Of a stretch of DNA of 63,221 nt, positions 18,956 to 29,878 are shown piece by piece. Under the pieces are notes generated by a model that saw only the letters and a list, made by a program, of their open reading frames with translations, was not told the origin of the DNA and did not search any database. Positions within the stretch are counted from its first letter, which is position 1. Each line of letters starts with the position of its first letter. The translations under genes and the position numbers were made by a program. Source of the stretch: Leptolyngbya sp. (GTDB lineage Bacteria; Cyanobacteriota; Cyanobacteriia; Phormidesmidales; Phormidesmidaceae); NCBI GenBank assembly GCA_040374235.1, contig JBEIUS010000001.1, positions 1 through 63,221 on the forward strand. Reading direction: 5' to 3'.

Positions 18956-19747
18956 ATGGAAAAGCTGCTGCGGGGTCTGCGTGAGTTTCAGGAGCATTAC
19001 ATTCCCAGCCACCAGGAACTGATTAACCAGTTAGCTCAGGGACAGCATCCCCGGGTGTTATTTATCGGCTGCTCCGACTCCCGGGTGGACCCCACCATTA
19101 TCACCCAGGCTGAGATCGGTGACCTGTTTGTAATTCGTAATGCTGGCAACATTATTCCCCCCTTTGAAGCCACCAATGGCGGGGAAGGGGCCACCATCGA
19201 ATACGCCATCGAGGCCCTCAATATTAACCAGGTGATCGTTTGTGGCCATACCCAATGTGGTGCCATGAAGGGCTTGCTACAACTGGGGGAACTGGAGGAG
19301 AAAATGCCCCTGGTCTATGGCTGGCTGCGCCACACCCAGGCCACCCGTAAGTTGGTGGAGGATCACTACGGACACCTAGACAAGAAAGCCAAGCTGGATG
19401 TGCTGGTGGCGCAAAATGTGTTGACTCAAATTGATAATCTGCGCACCTACCCCTCGATCCACTCCCGCCTGCACACCGACACCCTCTCCATCCACGGTTG
19501 GATCTATAACATCGCCAATGCCCAAATGTTGGCCTACGATGAGGATGCAGAGGATTTTGTCCCCCCCCATAGCAAGATTTCCACCACGGCTGCAGGCAAC
19601 CAGGCCCTGAAGCCCGGGGGGCTATCGGTGCCTCCAGGCGCGGTGGTTCAGGCTCAGGTGTCAGAACCGCCCCAACCCTACTGGCCTGGGGTGAACCGCC
19701 TCAGTCCGCAACAGGCGGGCCGCATCTACCGGGGCCGCAGCGCCTAG
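18956..19747 (+). CDS. ccaA: Beta-class carbonic anhydrase, carboxysomal CcaA-like
   Basis: CSDSR and HTQCGAM Zn ligands; C-terminal extension ending RLSPQQAGRIYRG, typical of CcaA. Confidence 0.88.
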   Translation: MEKLLRGLREFQEHYIPSHQELINQLAQGQHPRVLFIGCSDSRVDPTIITQAEIGDLFVIRNAGNIIPPFEATNGGEGATIEYAIEALNINQVIVCGHTQCGAMKGLLQLGELEEKMPLVYGWLRHTQATRKLVEDHYGHLDKKAKLDVLVAQNVLTQIDNLRTYPSIHSRLHTDTLSIHGWIYNIANAQMLAYDEDAEDFVPPHSKISTTAAGNQALKPGGLSVPPGAVVQAQVSEPPQPYWPGVNRLSPQQAGRIYRGRSA

Positions 19748-19760
19748 GGGTTGCCCCTAG
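19744..19760 (+). terminator. Hairpin after ccaA
   Basis: ctagggg-ttg-cccctag. Confidence 0.45.
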
Positions 19761-19888
19761 CGCCAGTCCCAGTTTAATTTTCCCGCCCGCCGGGGCGGCA
19801 GCTCTGACCTATTTCCCGGGAGTTTCCCCCACCGGATCACGGATTTGTCCCTACCCTTGTTAATCAGTCTCCCCTACCGGTTTAGCCC

Positions 19889-21637
19889 TTGACTGCCCAT
19901 CGCCACTCTAAATCTTCAAACTACTGGGTCCTAGTTCCCTACGTGCGGCAACAATGGCCCACGATTCTGCAGGCTCTGGTGGGCACCGTTATCTTTGTGG
20001 CCTATTGGCCGATTTTAGCCTGGTTAGCCGGACGGATTTTAGCCCTACTATCGGCGGGGGATGTGGCCGCCGTCTCCCGGTTTATTGCCATTACCATGGG
20101 GGGCTTTGCGGTCCAAAAGGTAGGGCAGTACGTGCAGGATGCCCTGATGTCTAAGGCCGCACTGCAGGTAGCCTTTCAGGTCCGTCGGGATGTCTATGCC
20201 CATATCCATCGCCTCAGCCTGGCCTACTTTGAGCGCAGCCAAACCGGAGATCTGGCCTACCGACTGACGGAGGATATCGATCGCATCGGCGAGGTGGTGC
20301 TCAAGCTCTTCCACGACTTCCTTCCTTCCCTGCTACAACTGGTGGTGGTGGTAGGCTACATGGTTTACCTCAACTGGCAACTCACCCTCACCGCCCTGGT
20401 GCTGATCCCGGTGCTGGCGCTGCTGGCCGGCTGGTTTGGCAACCAGATGTTGCGCTTTTCCCGGCGTAGCCAAAACCTGGTGTCGGATCTCTCCTCTCTG
20501 GTCACCGAGGTGTTTGGCGGTATCCTCCTGGTGCGAGCCTTTGCGGCGGAGGGTTACGAAATTGATCGCTTCACGGTGGAGGCGGAGAAAAACCGGCAGG
20601 CCAAGTATCGGGCCGCCTGGCTCAAGGCGGTGCAGTATCCGGTGGTGGGGTTTCTCTACGCCCTGGTAGTGATGTTGATCCTGCTGATGGGCACCTGGCA
20701 AATTTCCCAGGGTAACCTTACCGCCGCCGCCTTTGGCAGCTACGTGGCGGCGGCCTTGATGTTGATTGATCCGGTCAACCACTTCATCCACAACTACGGG
20801 GAGTTTAAGCAGGGGGAAGCCTCCGTTGATCGGATTGTGGAGTTGTTGGAAATTGAGCCCGCCGTGCGAGAACTGCCCAACGCCAGCGAGCTGCCGCCGG
20901 TCACCGGCCGGGTGGAATACCGCCAGGTCACCTTTGGCTACGACACCGATGAACCGGTGTTGCATAACCTCGACCTGCTGGCCCTGCCGGGGGAAAAAAT
21001 CGCCCTGGTGGGGGCCTCGGGGGCGGGTAAATCTACCCTGGTTAACCTGCTACCTCGGTTTTACGATCCCCAGGCGGGGCAAATCCTGATCGACGGAGTG
21101 GATATCGCCACCGTCACCCTTCAGAGTCTGCGGCGTCAGATTGGCATTGTACCCCAGGAAACCAGTCTATTTTCCGGTACCATCGCCCAAAATATTGCCT
21201 TCGGCCAGAAACAGGTTGACCAGGACGCGGTGGAGGCCGCCGCCCGCATCGCCAACGCCCACACCTTTATCAGCCAGTTTCCTCAGGGGTACCATACCTG
21301 GATGGGGGAACGGGGGGTAAACCTATCGGGGGGTCAGCGCCAGCGGGTGGCGATCGCCCGCGCCGTGCTGCTCAATCCCCGCATCCTCATCCTGGATGAA
21401 GCCACCTCCGCCCTTGACGCCGAGTCGGAGGCCCTGGTGCAGGAGGCCCTGGACCGGCTGATGGCGGACCGCACTGTATTTATCATCGCCCACCGTCTGG
21501 CCACGGTTCGGCGGGCCGATCGGATTCTGGTGGTGGAAAAGGGGCAAATTATTGAGTCCGGTACCCACAGTGAACTGTTGGCCCAGCAACAACGCTACGC
21601 CCGCTTCTATGCCCAGCAGTTTGCCACGGTCCCCTAG
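19889..21637 (+). CDS. ABC exporter, fused permease and ATPase (MsbA-like)
   Basis: N-terminal TM domain; GASGAGKST, LSGGQRQR and ILDEATSALD. Confidence 0.93.
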   Translation: MTAHRHSKSSNYWVLVPYVRQQWPTILQALVGTVIFVAYWPILAWLAGRILALLSAGDVAAVSRFIAITMGGFAVQKVGQYVQDALMSKAALQVAFQVRRDVYAHIHRLSLAYFERSQTGDLAYRLTEDIDRIGEVVLKLFHDFLPSLLQLVVVVGYMVYLNWQLTLTALVLIPVLALLAGWFGNQMLRFSRRSQNLVSDLSSLVTEVFGGILLVRAFAAEGYEIDRFTVEAEKNRQAKYRAAWLKAVQYPVVGFLYALVVMLILLMGTWQISQGNLTAAAFGSYVAAALMLIDPVNHFIHNYGEFKQGEASVDRIVELLEIEPAVRELPNASELPPVTGRVEYRQVTFGYDTDEPVLHNLDLLALPGEKIALVGASGAGKSTLVNLLPRFYDPQAGQILIDGVDIATVTLQSLRRQIGIVPQETSLFSGTIAQNIAFGQKQVDQDAVEAAARIANAHTFISQFPQGYHTWMGERGVNLSGGQRQRVAIARAVLLNPRILILDEATSALDAESEALVQEALDRLMADRTVFIIAHRLATVRRADRILVVEKGQIIESGTHSELLAQQQRYARFYAQQFATVP

Positions 21638-21716
21638 ATAGGGCTAGTAGTAGACTCTGGTGTAAACCTACCGACTTCTCCTGGCTCCTGAGAACTGACT
21701 CCTGACCCCTCTTGTA

Positions 21717-22349
21717 TTAGGGACAGCCCTGCCGTACCCACTGGACAAAATTAGCCAACATTTTCAACCCAGCTGGGGCGGACTTCTCGGGATGGTACTG
21801 CATGGCCACCACCCGCCCCTGGGCCACGGCGGCGGTGACGGTTTGCTGACCGTGGGTGGTGGTGGCGGCCACCACCGTTGGGTCCTGCGGTTTGGCGTAG
21901 TAGGAATGGACGAAATAGACCCAGGCCTGCGGCTCAATCCCCTGCCAGAGGGGGTGATGGGGTTGGGTGAGGGTGAGTTGGTTCCAGCCCATGTGGGGAA
22001 TGGTCAACTCCGGTTCTGGCTGGAAGCGGCGAATCCGCCCGGCGAAAATTCCCAGGCCTGACTCCTGGCCTTCGTCGCTGGCCTCAAACAGCAGTTGCAG
22101 CCCCAGACAGATGCCCAGGAAGGGTTTACCAGCGTCCACCGCCTGACAAATGGGCTCCACCAGGTGGCGCGATCGCAGGTGTTGTATGGCCGGGTCAAAG
22201 GCCCCATCCCCCGGCAGCACCAGGGCATCGGCCCGCTCCAGATCCGCCGCCTGATCGGTGATGTAGGGTTCCCCACCGGCGATGGCCAGCCCCTTACAGG
22301 CGGAGTGCAGGTTGCCCATATCGTAGTCAATCACTGCAATCTTTACCAT
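21717..22349 (-). CDS. hisH: Imidazole glycerol phosphate synthase glutaminase subunit
   Basis: IDYDMGNLHS, GICLGLQ, PHMGWN, YFVHSY and QYHPEKS. Confidence 0.96.
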   Translation of the reverse strand: MVKIAVIDYDMGNLHSACKGLAIAGGEPYITDQAADLERADALVLPGDGAFDPAIQHLRSRHLVEPICQAVDAGKPFLGICLGLQLLFEASDEGQESGLGIFAGRIRRFQPEPELTIPHMGWNQLTLTQPHHPLWQGIEPQAWVYFVHSYYAKPQDPTVVAATTTHGQQTVTAAVAQGRVVAMQYHPEKSAPAGLKMLANFVQWVRQGCP

Positions 22350-23683
22350 GTTGCCTCCCCAGCATCGATCGGTTGCACTGCGGACACCACCGCCTCTGGC
22401 CCCAACAGGGTGACAAAGGGCTCCTCAAAAAAAGCCTGGGCCGCCGCCGTGGTATCTGCCGCCGTCACGGCAGATACCTGCTCTTGAAACGCCTGGTCAA
22501 AGTCAATGCCCAGGCCCAGCACCTCATACCAGCCCAAGAGTTGGGCCATTTGGGCGTTGGTCTGCTTGCCCAGGGCGTATTGTCCCAGCAACTTATTTTT
22601 AGCGGTCTGCAATTCCACCTGCGTCAGGGGGTGGTGCCGGAGCCGATCCAGTTCCTGGCGCAGCCCCTGCAGGGCGGTGGCGGTATTTTCCGGAGCCGTA
22701 CCGATGTAGGCGACAAACTGCGATCGCCCCAGCCGGGTGGGGTAGAGGGCAGAAACATCGTAGGCCAGGCCCCGTTTCTCCCGCAGTTCTACAAACAAGC
22801 GGCTGGACAGGCCATTGCCCAGGTGGGTGTTGAGCAGCTTCAGGGGGGCAAAGCTAGCATCCTGAACCGGGGCCGCCCCATAGCCCACCATCACCACCGC
22901 CTGTTTAGTAGATTGGGGCACCACCGCCCAGGGGCTACCCGGCGTAATCGGGGGAAAGGTTACCTGGGACCGGGGGTTCTGGGGGCAGCACCAATCCCCC
23001 AGGGTGCGTTTCACCAGGGCAACTGCCACCTCAAGACGGATGTTCCCCACCATGGTGATCACCAGGTTGTCGGGTCGTACCTGCTGACGGTGCCAGGCCA
23101 CCAGGTCAGGCTGCTGTAGGGCTGTCAAACTGGTCTCACTGCCCAACCCCGGTAGGGCGTAGGGGTGGTTACCGTACATTTGCTGGCGCAACTGGTTAAA
23201 GGCCACGGTAAAGGGCTGCTCCTGCAGCGATCTCAGGTACTGCAGGGTGAGACGCCGTTCCAGGTCAATTTCCGCCTCGGGAAAGCTGGGATCTCGCAGC
23301 AGTTCAGTGGCCAGGGTGAAGATCGCTTCCAAGTCCGCCGATACGGTTTTCAGGCTCACCACACTGTAGTCGGCGGCGGCATCGGTACTGAGGTGGGCAC
23401 CCACCGACTCCACCGTCTCGGCAATGGCGGCGGCGCTGAGTTGACTGGTGCCCTTGGTCAACAGAGTCATCAAGAAACTCATCAGCCCCCTATTGGCGGA
23501 GGTTTCCAGGGAGTAGCCACTAGCTATAAATAGGCGGGCTGAGACAATGTCCGCCAGGGGATTTTCTAGCACCACCAGGGTAAGACCGTTGGGGAAGACG
23601 GTGCGGTGCAGACCGGGGGAATGGCCCAGGGAAGGGGTGATGGGGGCGCTGGGGCTAGGCGGGGTGGAGAACGGTGGAGACAT
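22343..23683 (-). CDS. M16 (pitrilysin-family) peptidase, non-catalytic subunit
   Basis: M16 fold with SSRLFVELREKRGLAY; no HxxEH motif. Confidence 0.88.
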   Translation of the reverse strand: MSPPFSTPPSPSAPITPSLGHSPGLHRTVFPNGLTLVVLENPLADIVSARLFIASGYSLETSANRGLMSFLMTLLTKGTSQLSAAAIAETVESVGAHLSTDAAADYSVVSLKTVSADLEAIFTLATELLRDPSFPEAEIDLERRLTLQYLRSLQEQPFTVAFNQLRQQMYGNHPYALPGLGSETSLTALQQPDLVAWHRQQVRPDNLVITMVGNIRLEVAVALVKRTLGDWCCPQNPRSQVTFPPITPGSPWAVVPQSTKQAVVMVGYGAAPVQDASFAPLKLLNTHLGNGLSSRLFVELREKRGLAYDVSALYPTRLGRSQFVAYIGTAPENTATALQGLRQELDRLRHHPLTQVELQTAKNKLLGQYALGKQTNAQMAQLLGWYEVLGLGIDFDQAFQEQVSAVTAADTTAAAQAFFEEPFVTLLGPEAVVSAVQPIDAGEATW

Positions 23684-24914
23684 AGTGAAGGGGGGTGAGG
23701 TATTGACTGGCCAGCTGCTGGAGTGGGGGGGCGGCGTATTGCTGGATGGTGGGAAGGTAAGTGAAACAGTGATCGGCGTCGCTCAGGGTACTGTAGTAGC
23801 CGTAGAGGCCGGCCAGTTGGCCGGGGGTCTCGAGGCCAAAGGCGTAATCGTTGCAGAGCAGCCGCTGGGCCCGGTGCAGCTCCACCGACGGGATCGGTTG
23901 CTGGGCCAGGGTGCTGAGGCGATCGCAGATGATCGCCTCCACCCGGTCCACCAGAGACCGATCCAACCAGACCTGCACCGTGAATAGGCTGCAATCCCGC
24001 TGCAGGGAGAGGCTGGCGGTAATATCCTGCACCAACTGCCGCTCCTCCAGCAGTTCTCGCACCAGCCGGGAACGACGCCCCTGGCCCAACACCGCCGCCA
24101 ACAAATCCAGGCCATAGGCGGTGGTTAGGTCCTCCATCCCCGGCCCCAACCAGGCCATGGTCAGGCGAGATTGCTCCAGCCGCGGCAACTCCAGAATTTC
24201 CCGCCGCACCCCCTGCAGTTGGGGTAGGGGGGCGGTGGCCGGCGCCGGACAGGGGCAGGGGGCAGGGAAAGTCTGAAAGGCCCGACCGACCAGGTCCACC
24301 GCTGTCTCCAGGGAAAGGTCCCCGGTCAGCACCACGGTCATGTTCTGGGGCTGGTAGTGGGCCTGATGAAAGCAACGCATTTCTGCCACCGATTGGGATT
24401 GCAACCGGTCAGCCCAGCCCAACACCGGTCGGCCGTAGGCATGGTCCTGGTAGACTAACTCCGCCATGGCTTGAAACCCCACCCAGTCCAAGTCATCCTC
24501 CGCCTGACGAATTTCCTCCAGCACCACCTGTCGCTCCCGATCAAACTCCTCTTCCGGAATGGCGGCACAGAGGAGTAAATCCGCCAGGTAGGGCAGGGTG
24601 TGGGGGAGCTGGTGGGCGGCCACAATGATGAAAAAGTGGGCATAGTCGTGGCTGGTGGCGGCGTTGGCCATACCCCCCTGGGTCTCGATCACCTGATCGA
24701 AGGCTCCGGGGGGTAGGCGATCGGTACCCTTAAACACCATATGCTCAAGGAAATGGGCCATCCCTGCCCACTCCAGGGGCTCCATCCCTGCCCCCGCCCG
24801 CAGCCACACATCCATCATCACCACTGGGGCCGCCGTCACCTGTTGATGCACCAAAGTCAGGCCATGGTCTAGAACTAAACGATGGTAACCCGCGGGATAA
24901 TTAGCCCTCATCAC
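23655..24914 (-). CDS. M16 zinc peptidase, catalytic subunit
   Basis: AHFLEHMVFKGT (HxxEH), NAATSHD and ERQVVLEE. Confidence 0.92.
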   Translation of the reverse strand: MMRANYPAGYHRLVLDHGLTLVHQQVTAAPVVMMDVWLRAGAGMEPLEWAGMAHFLEHMVFKGTDRLPPGAFDQVIETQGGMANAATSHDYAHFFIIVAAHQLPHTLPYLADLLLCAAIPEEEFDRERQVVLEEIRQAEDDLDWVGFQAMAELVYQDHAYGRPVLGWADRLQSQSVAEMRCFHQAHYQPQNMTVVLTGDLSLETAVDLVGRAFQTFPAPCPCPAPATAPLPQLQGVRREILELPRLEQSRLTMAWLGPGMEDLTTAYGLDLLAAVLGQGRRSRLVRELLEERQLVQDITASLSLQRDCSLFTVQVWLDRSLVDRVEAIICDRLSTLAQQPIPSVELHRAQRLLCNDYAFGLETPGQLAGLYGYYSTLSDADHCFTYLPTIQQYAAPPLQQLASQYLTPLHYVSTVLHPA

Positions 24915-25272
24915 TCTCCAGACCCAGGCGTGCCCTCAAATCAGGCTGCTGGGGGCGAAACCCCGCCATCACCGCTTCTCCATCCCGCACAAATAGGGGC
25001 CGCTTCAATAGCATAGCGTCAGTGGCTAGGGCTTCAATCCATTGGGCCTCCGTCCAGGTTTGCTTGGCGGCGGGCAAGCCTCGATAGACTCGCCCAGAGG
25101 TGTTGAGCAGGGGTTTTACCCCCAGGCTTTGCACCCACCCCTGGAGGATATCGCGACTGGGGGGGTAGAGTTTGGTATTGATGATGTCGTAGATCACCCC
25201 CTGGTGATCGAGCCAGGCCAGGGCTTTTTTACAGGTGTCACAGGTGGGAATGCCATAAACCACCAAGGTCAT
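24901..25272 (-). CDS. ArsC/Spx/MgsR-family protein
   Basis: YGIPTCDTCKKA CxxC motif and MLLKRP. Confidence 0.88.
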   Translation of the reverse strand: MTLVVYGIPTCDTCKKALAWLDHQGVIYDIINTKLYPPSRDILQGWVQSLGVKPLLNTSGRVYRGLPAAKQTWTEAQWIEALATDAMLLKRPLFVRDGEAVMAGFRPQQPDLRARLGLESDEG

Positions 25273-25438
25273 AGGAGTTTAGGAGTGACGGTGTTACTTG
25301 TAGTACCCTAGTATAGCTTTGGTCAGAGCGCTTAGGCCAGGATTGATCGGTGGAATCCGGGTGACAGCGCCGGGCACTGCTGGGCTAGGGGGCAGGAAGC
25401 TGAACTCAGAAATTAGCAGTAGAAACTAGCAGCAGAAA

Positions 25439-26441
25439 TTAACCGTTGCTGCCCTTGGGTGCCGTTGGGCTGAGTGGACTAGTCAGGATGGTCCAGGCCT
25501 GGTCCACCAGATCGGGGGCGGCAGCGTTGAGCCAGTGCACCTGGGCCCGGTGCCGAAACCAGGTGCGCTGACGTTTGGCGAACTGGCGGGTGTGGGTGAC
25601 GATCGCGGCGATCGCCTGATCTAACCGCCAATCCCCCTGCAGGTACCGGAGGATTTCGCCATAGCCCAGGGTTTGCAACAGGGGCAGATCTGGCCCATAG
25701 CGCTGGGCCAGCCCCTCCACCTCCGCCACCAATCCCTCCGCCACCATGGCTTCGGTGCGACGGGCAATGCGCCGCTCCAGCACCAGTGGGTCACAGTCCA
25801 GCCCCAGGTAGACAATTGGGTAGGCGGGTGGCGCCTCCCCCTGCAGGCTGGAGAGGGGCTGGCCGCTGACGTAGAACACCTCCAGGGCCCGCAGGGTTCT
25901 TACCGGATCTCGGGGTTGGATGCGCTGGGCGGCGATCGGGTCCACCGCCTGCAGCAGGGCAAAGTTGTGCGCCTGCCCCAGGGCCTGTAGTTGGCGGCGT
26001 AGCTCCGGTTGGGGGGCAACGGGGGGAATCCGCAGCCCCCTTAACCACCGCCTCAATGTAGAGCCCGGTGCCCCCCACTAGCAGGGGCATGACCTCCCCC
26101 CCCTGATGAATTTGGTCGATCAGCGCCTGGGCCTGGTGCTGGTATTGCGCCAGGGTGAACTGCTGGCGGGGGTCGCAGCAATCGATTAAGTAGTGGGGCA
26201 CCCGTTGGCGATCGCTGTAGTTGGGTTTGGCGGTGCCCAGATCAAAGCCCCGGTATAGCTGGCGGGAGTCCGCACTGAGAATCGCCCCGGGCCAGCGGTC
26301 TGCCAGGGCCAGGGCCAGGGCGGACTTGCCCGTGGCGGTGGGGCCACCAATCACCCACAGGCTTGGTTCACCTGTATTATAGAGAGAGGGAGGAGATGGG
26401 GCGATGGAAATGGGGGGTTCCACCCCCGGTCGATTTTTCAT
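25439..26441 (-). pseudogene. miaA: tRNA dimethylallyltransferase MiaA, frameshifted
   Basis: N-half GPTATGKS, SADSRQLY, GTAKP, VGGTGLY; C-half RTLRALEV, TLGYGE, TRQFAKRQRTWF; frame changes at the C5 run 26036-26040. Confidence 0.88.
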
Positions 26442-26560
26442 CTCAGTTCCCTTTAGAATCCTCTGTGGTCGGTTTGTGCTATAATTTTAAGATATTTTGA
26501 CCTTTTACCCGTCTTGACGGCCTAAGGCCCTTCTCTGGAGCATACCTTTTCGGGAGCTGA

Positions 26561-28504
<1,944 letters not shown>

Positions 28505-28531
28505 CCTCACCGGCGGGCCATTATATTGTCT

Positions 28532-29707
28532 TTAGTGATGGTGATGATGATCGTGACTATGATCATGGTCGTGGTGATGGTGGTGCCCCTGCCCCATCTG
28601 GGCCTGAAGGGTAGCCAGCGCAGGGTTCACCACTAAGGCCTCCGCCTCCAGAAGATCGGCAATTAGGGGATCAGCCCACCCTGCGGCCATGGCCAGGAAA
28701 TCGGCATGGTCGTTAACGCAGGGCATTTGCACGTAGGTTATCTCGGGGTGTTGACGGCGCAGGGCGGCGATGATGTGCTCCACATCCAGGAGGGTTTCGT
28801 GGTTTTCCGTGGCGAAGCCAATGGGCATAAACACCAGGGCGGTGGCCCCCAGATCAATCAAGTTGCGGCCCGCCAGGGTGGCATTGGGTTGGGTCCACTT
28901 AATCAGGGGGGTATCGTGGTTGAGCCAGCCCACGGAGATCAGGGGGTATTTGTGGATCAGGCGATCGCGGACCCGGTCATAGAGTTTTTGACTTTCCTCG
29001 ATGCCGGAGGTAAACCCCTTAGCCTCAAAGGGGCAGCCATGGTTCATCAAAACAATGCCGGTCTGGGACGGCAGGTGGGCCACCGCCAGGCGATCGCGGA
29101 TCTGGGCTTCCACCAGGTTCACCAGTAGATCAATGTATTCAGGGGCATTAAAGAAGGAGGGAATGTAGCGCATGCCCTGCACCCAATGGGACTGGCCATC
29201 CGCCAGCTGGGCCAGGGCGCCATTCACCTGTTCCACCGCAATGCCACTGGTAAAGATCGAATCTACCACCAGCAGGGGATAGATCAGCACCTTATCGTAG
29301 CCCTGGTGCTTGACCTGGGCCAAAACCTGGTGGGGCAAAAAGGGTTGACAGAAGTTAAAGGCTTTAAATACCTTTACCCGGTCCCCCCAGCGGGCCTGTA
29401 GGTGGGCCTCAATGCCGGCCCGCTGGGCCTCAAAGATGGCATTGTGAGGGGAGATAAAATTACCGTGCTGGTGACTCCACTCGTGCAGATCAAACATGGC
29501 CAGGAGTTTGGCCAAGGGGGGATACACCCAGGTGGGGACGGGGGCAAACTTAGCGGTCAGCAGGTTAAGGGCCTGCTCGTTGTAATTGGCAAAATCATCG
29601 TAGCTCTCCACCTCGCCATAGCCCATCAGCAGGACCGCCACCCGGCTCTGGCCAGATGGGGGAAGGGTCGAGGGGGGCATCGGGGTGATATCGGGGGTGG
29701 TAACCAT
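28532..29707 (-). CDS. Ferrochelatase-like class II chelatase with His-rich tail
   Basis: VAVLLMGYG, NHG catalytic-His position, PIGFATENHETLLD and PCVND; C-terminal HHHHHDHDHSHDHHHHH; no CAB domain. Confidence 0.75.
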   Translation of the reverse strand: MVTTPDITPMPPSTLPPSGQSRVAVLLMGYGEVESYDDFANYNEQALNLLTAKFAPVPTWVYPPLAKLLAMFDLHEWSHQHGNFISPHNAIFEAQRAGIEAHLQARWGDRVKVFKAFNFCQPFLPHQVLAQVKHQGYDKVLIYPLLVVDSIFTSGIAVEQVNGALAQLADGQSHWVQGMRYIPSFFNAPEYIDLLVNLVEAQIRDRLAVAHLPSQTGIVLMNHGCPFEAKGFTSGIEESQKLYDRVRDRLIHKYPLISVGWLNHDTPLIKWTQPNATLAGRNLIDLGATALVFMPIGFATENHETLLDVEHIIAALRRQHPEITYVQMPCVNDHADFLAMAAGWADPLIADLLEAEALVVNPALATLQAQMGQGHHHHHDHDHSHDHHHHH

Positions 29708-29878
29708 GACTGGGTTTGGCAATAAAAAACTATAGGTTTCAGGCTAACATCCCCTCCCGGGGGATGTTGTTAACAAATTAGGGAAAATCCCCTGCCTTCC
29801 CCTGATCATCACCGCCTCTTAATCTTCAGGCCCCGGTTAGCTACCTAAGATGGAGATAGGGGGTTCAACCGAGGTGCT

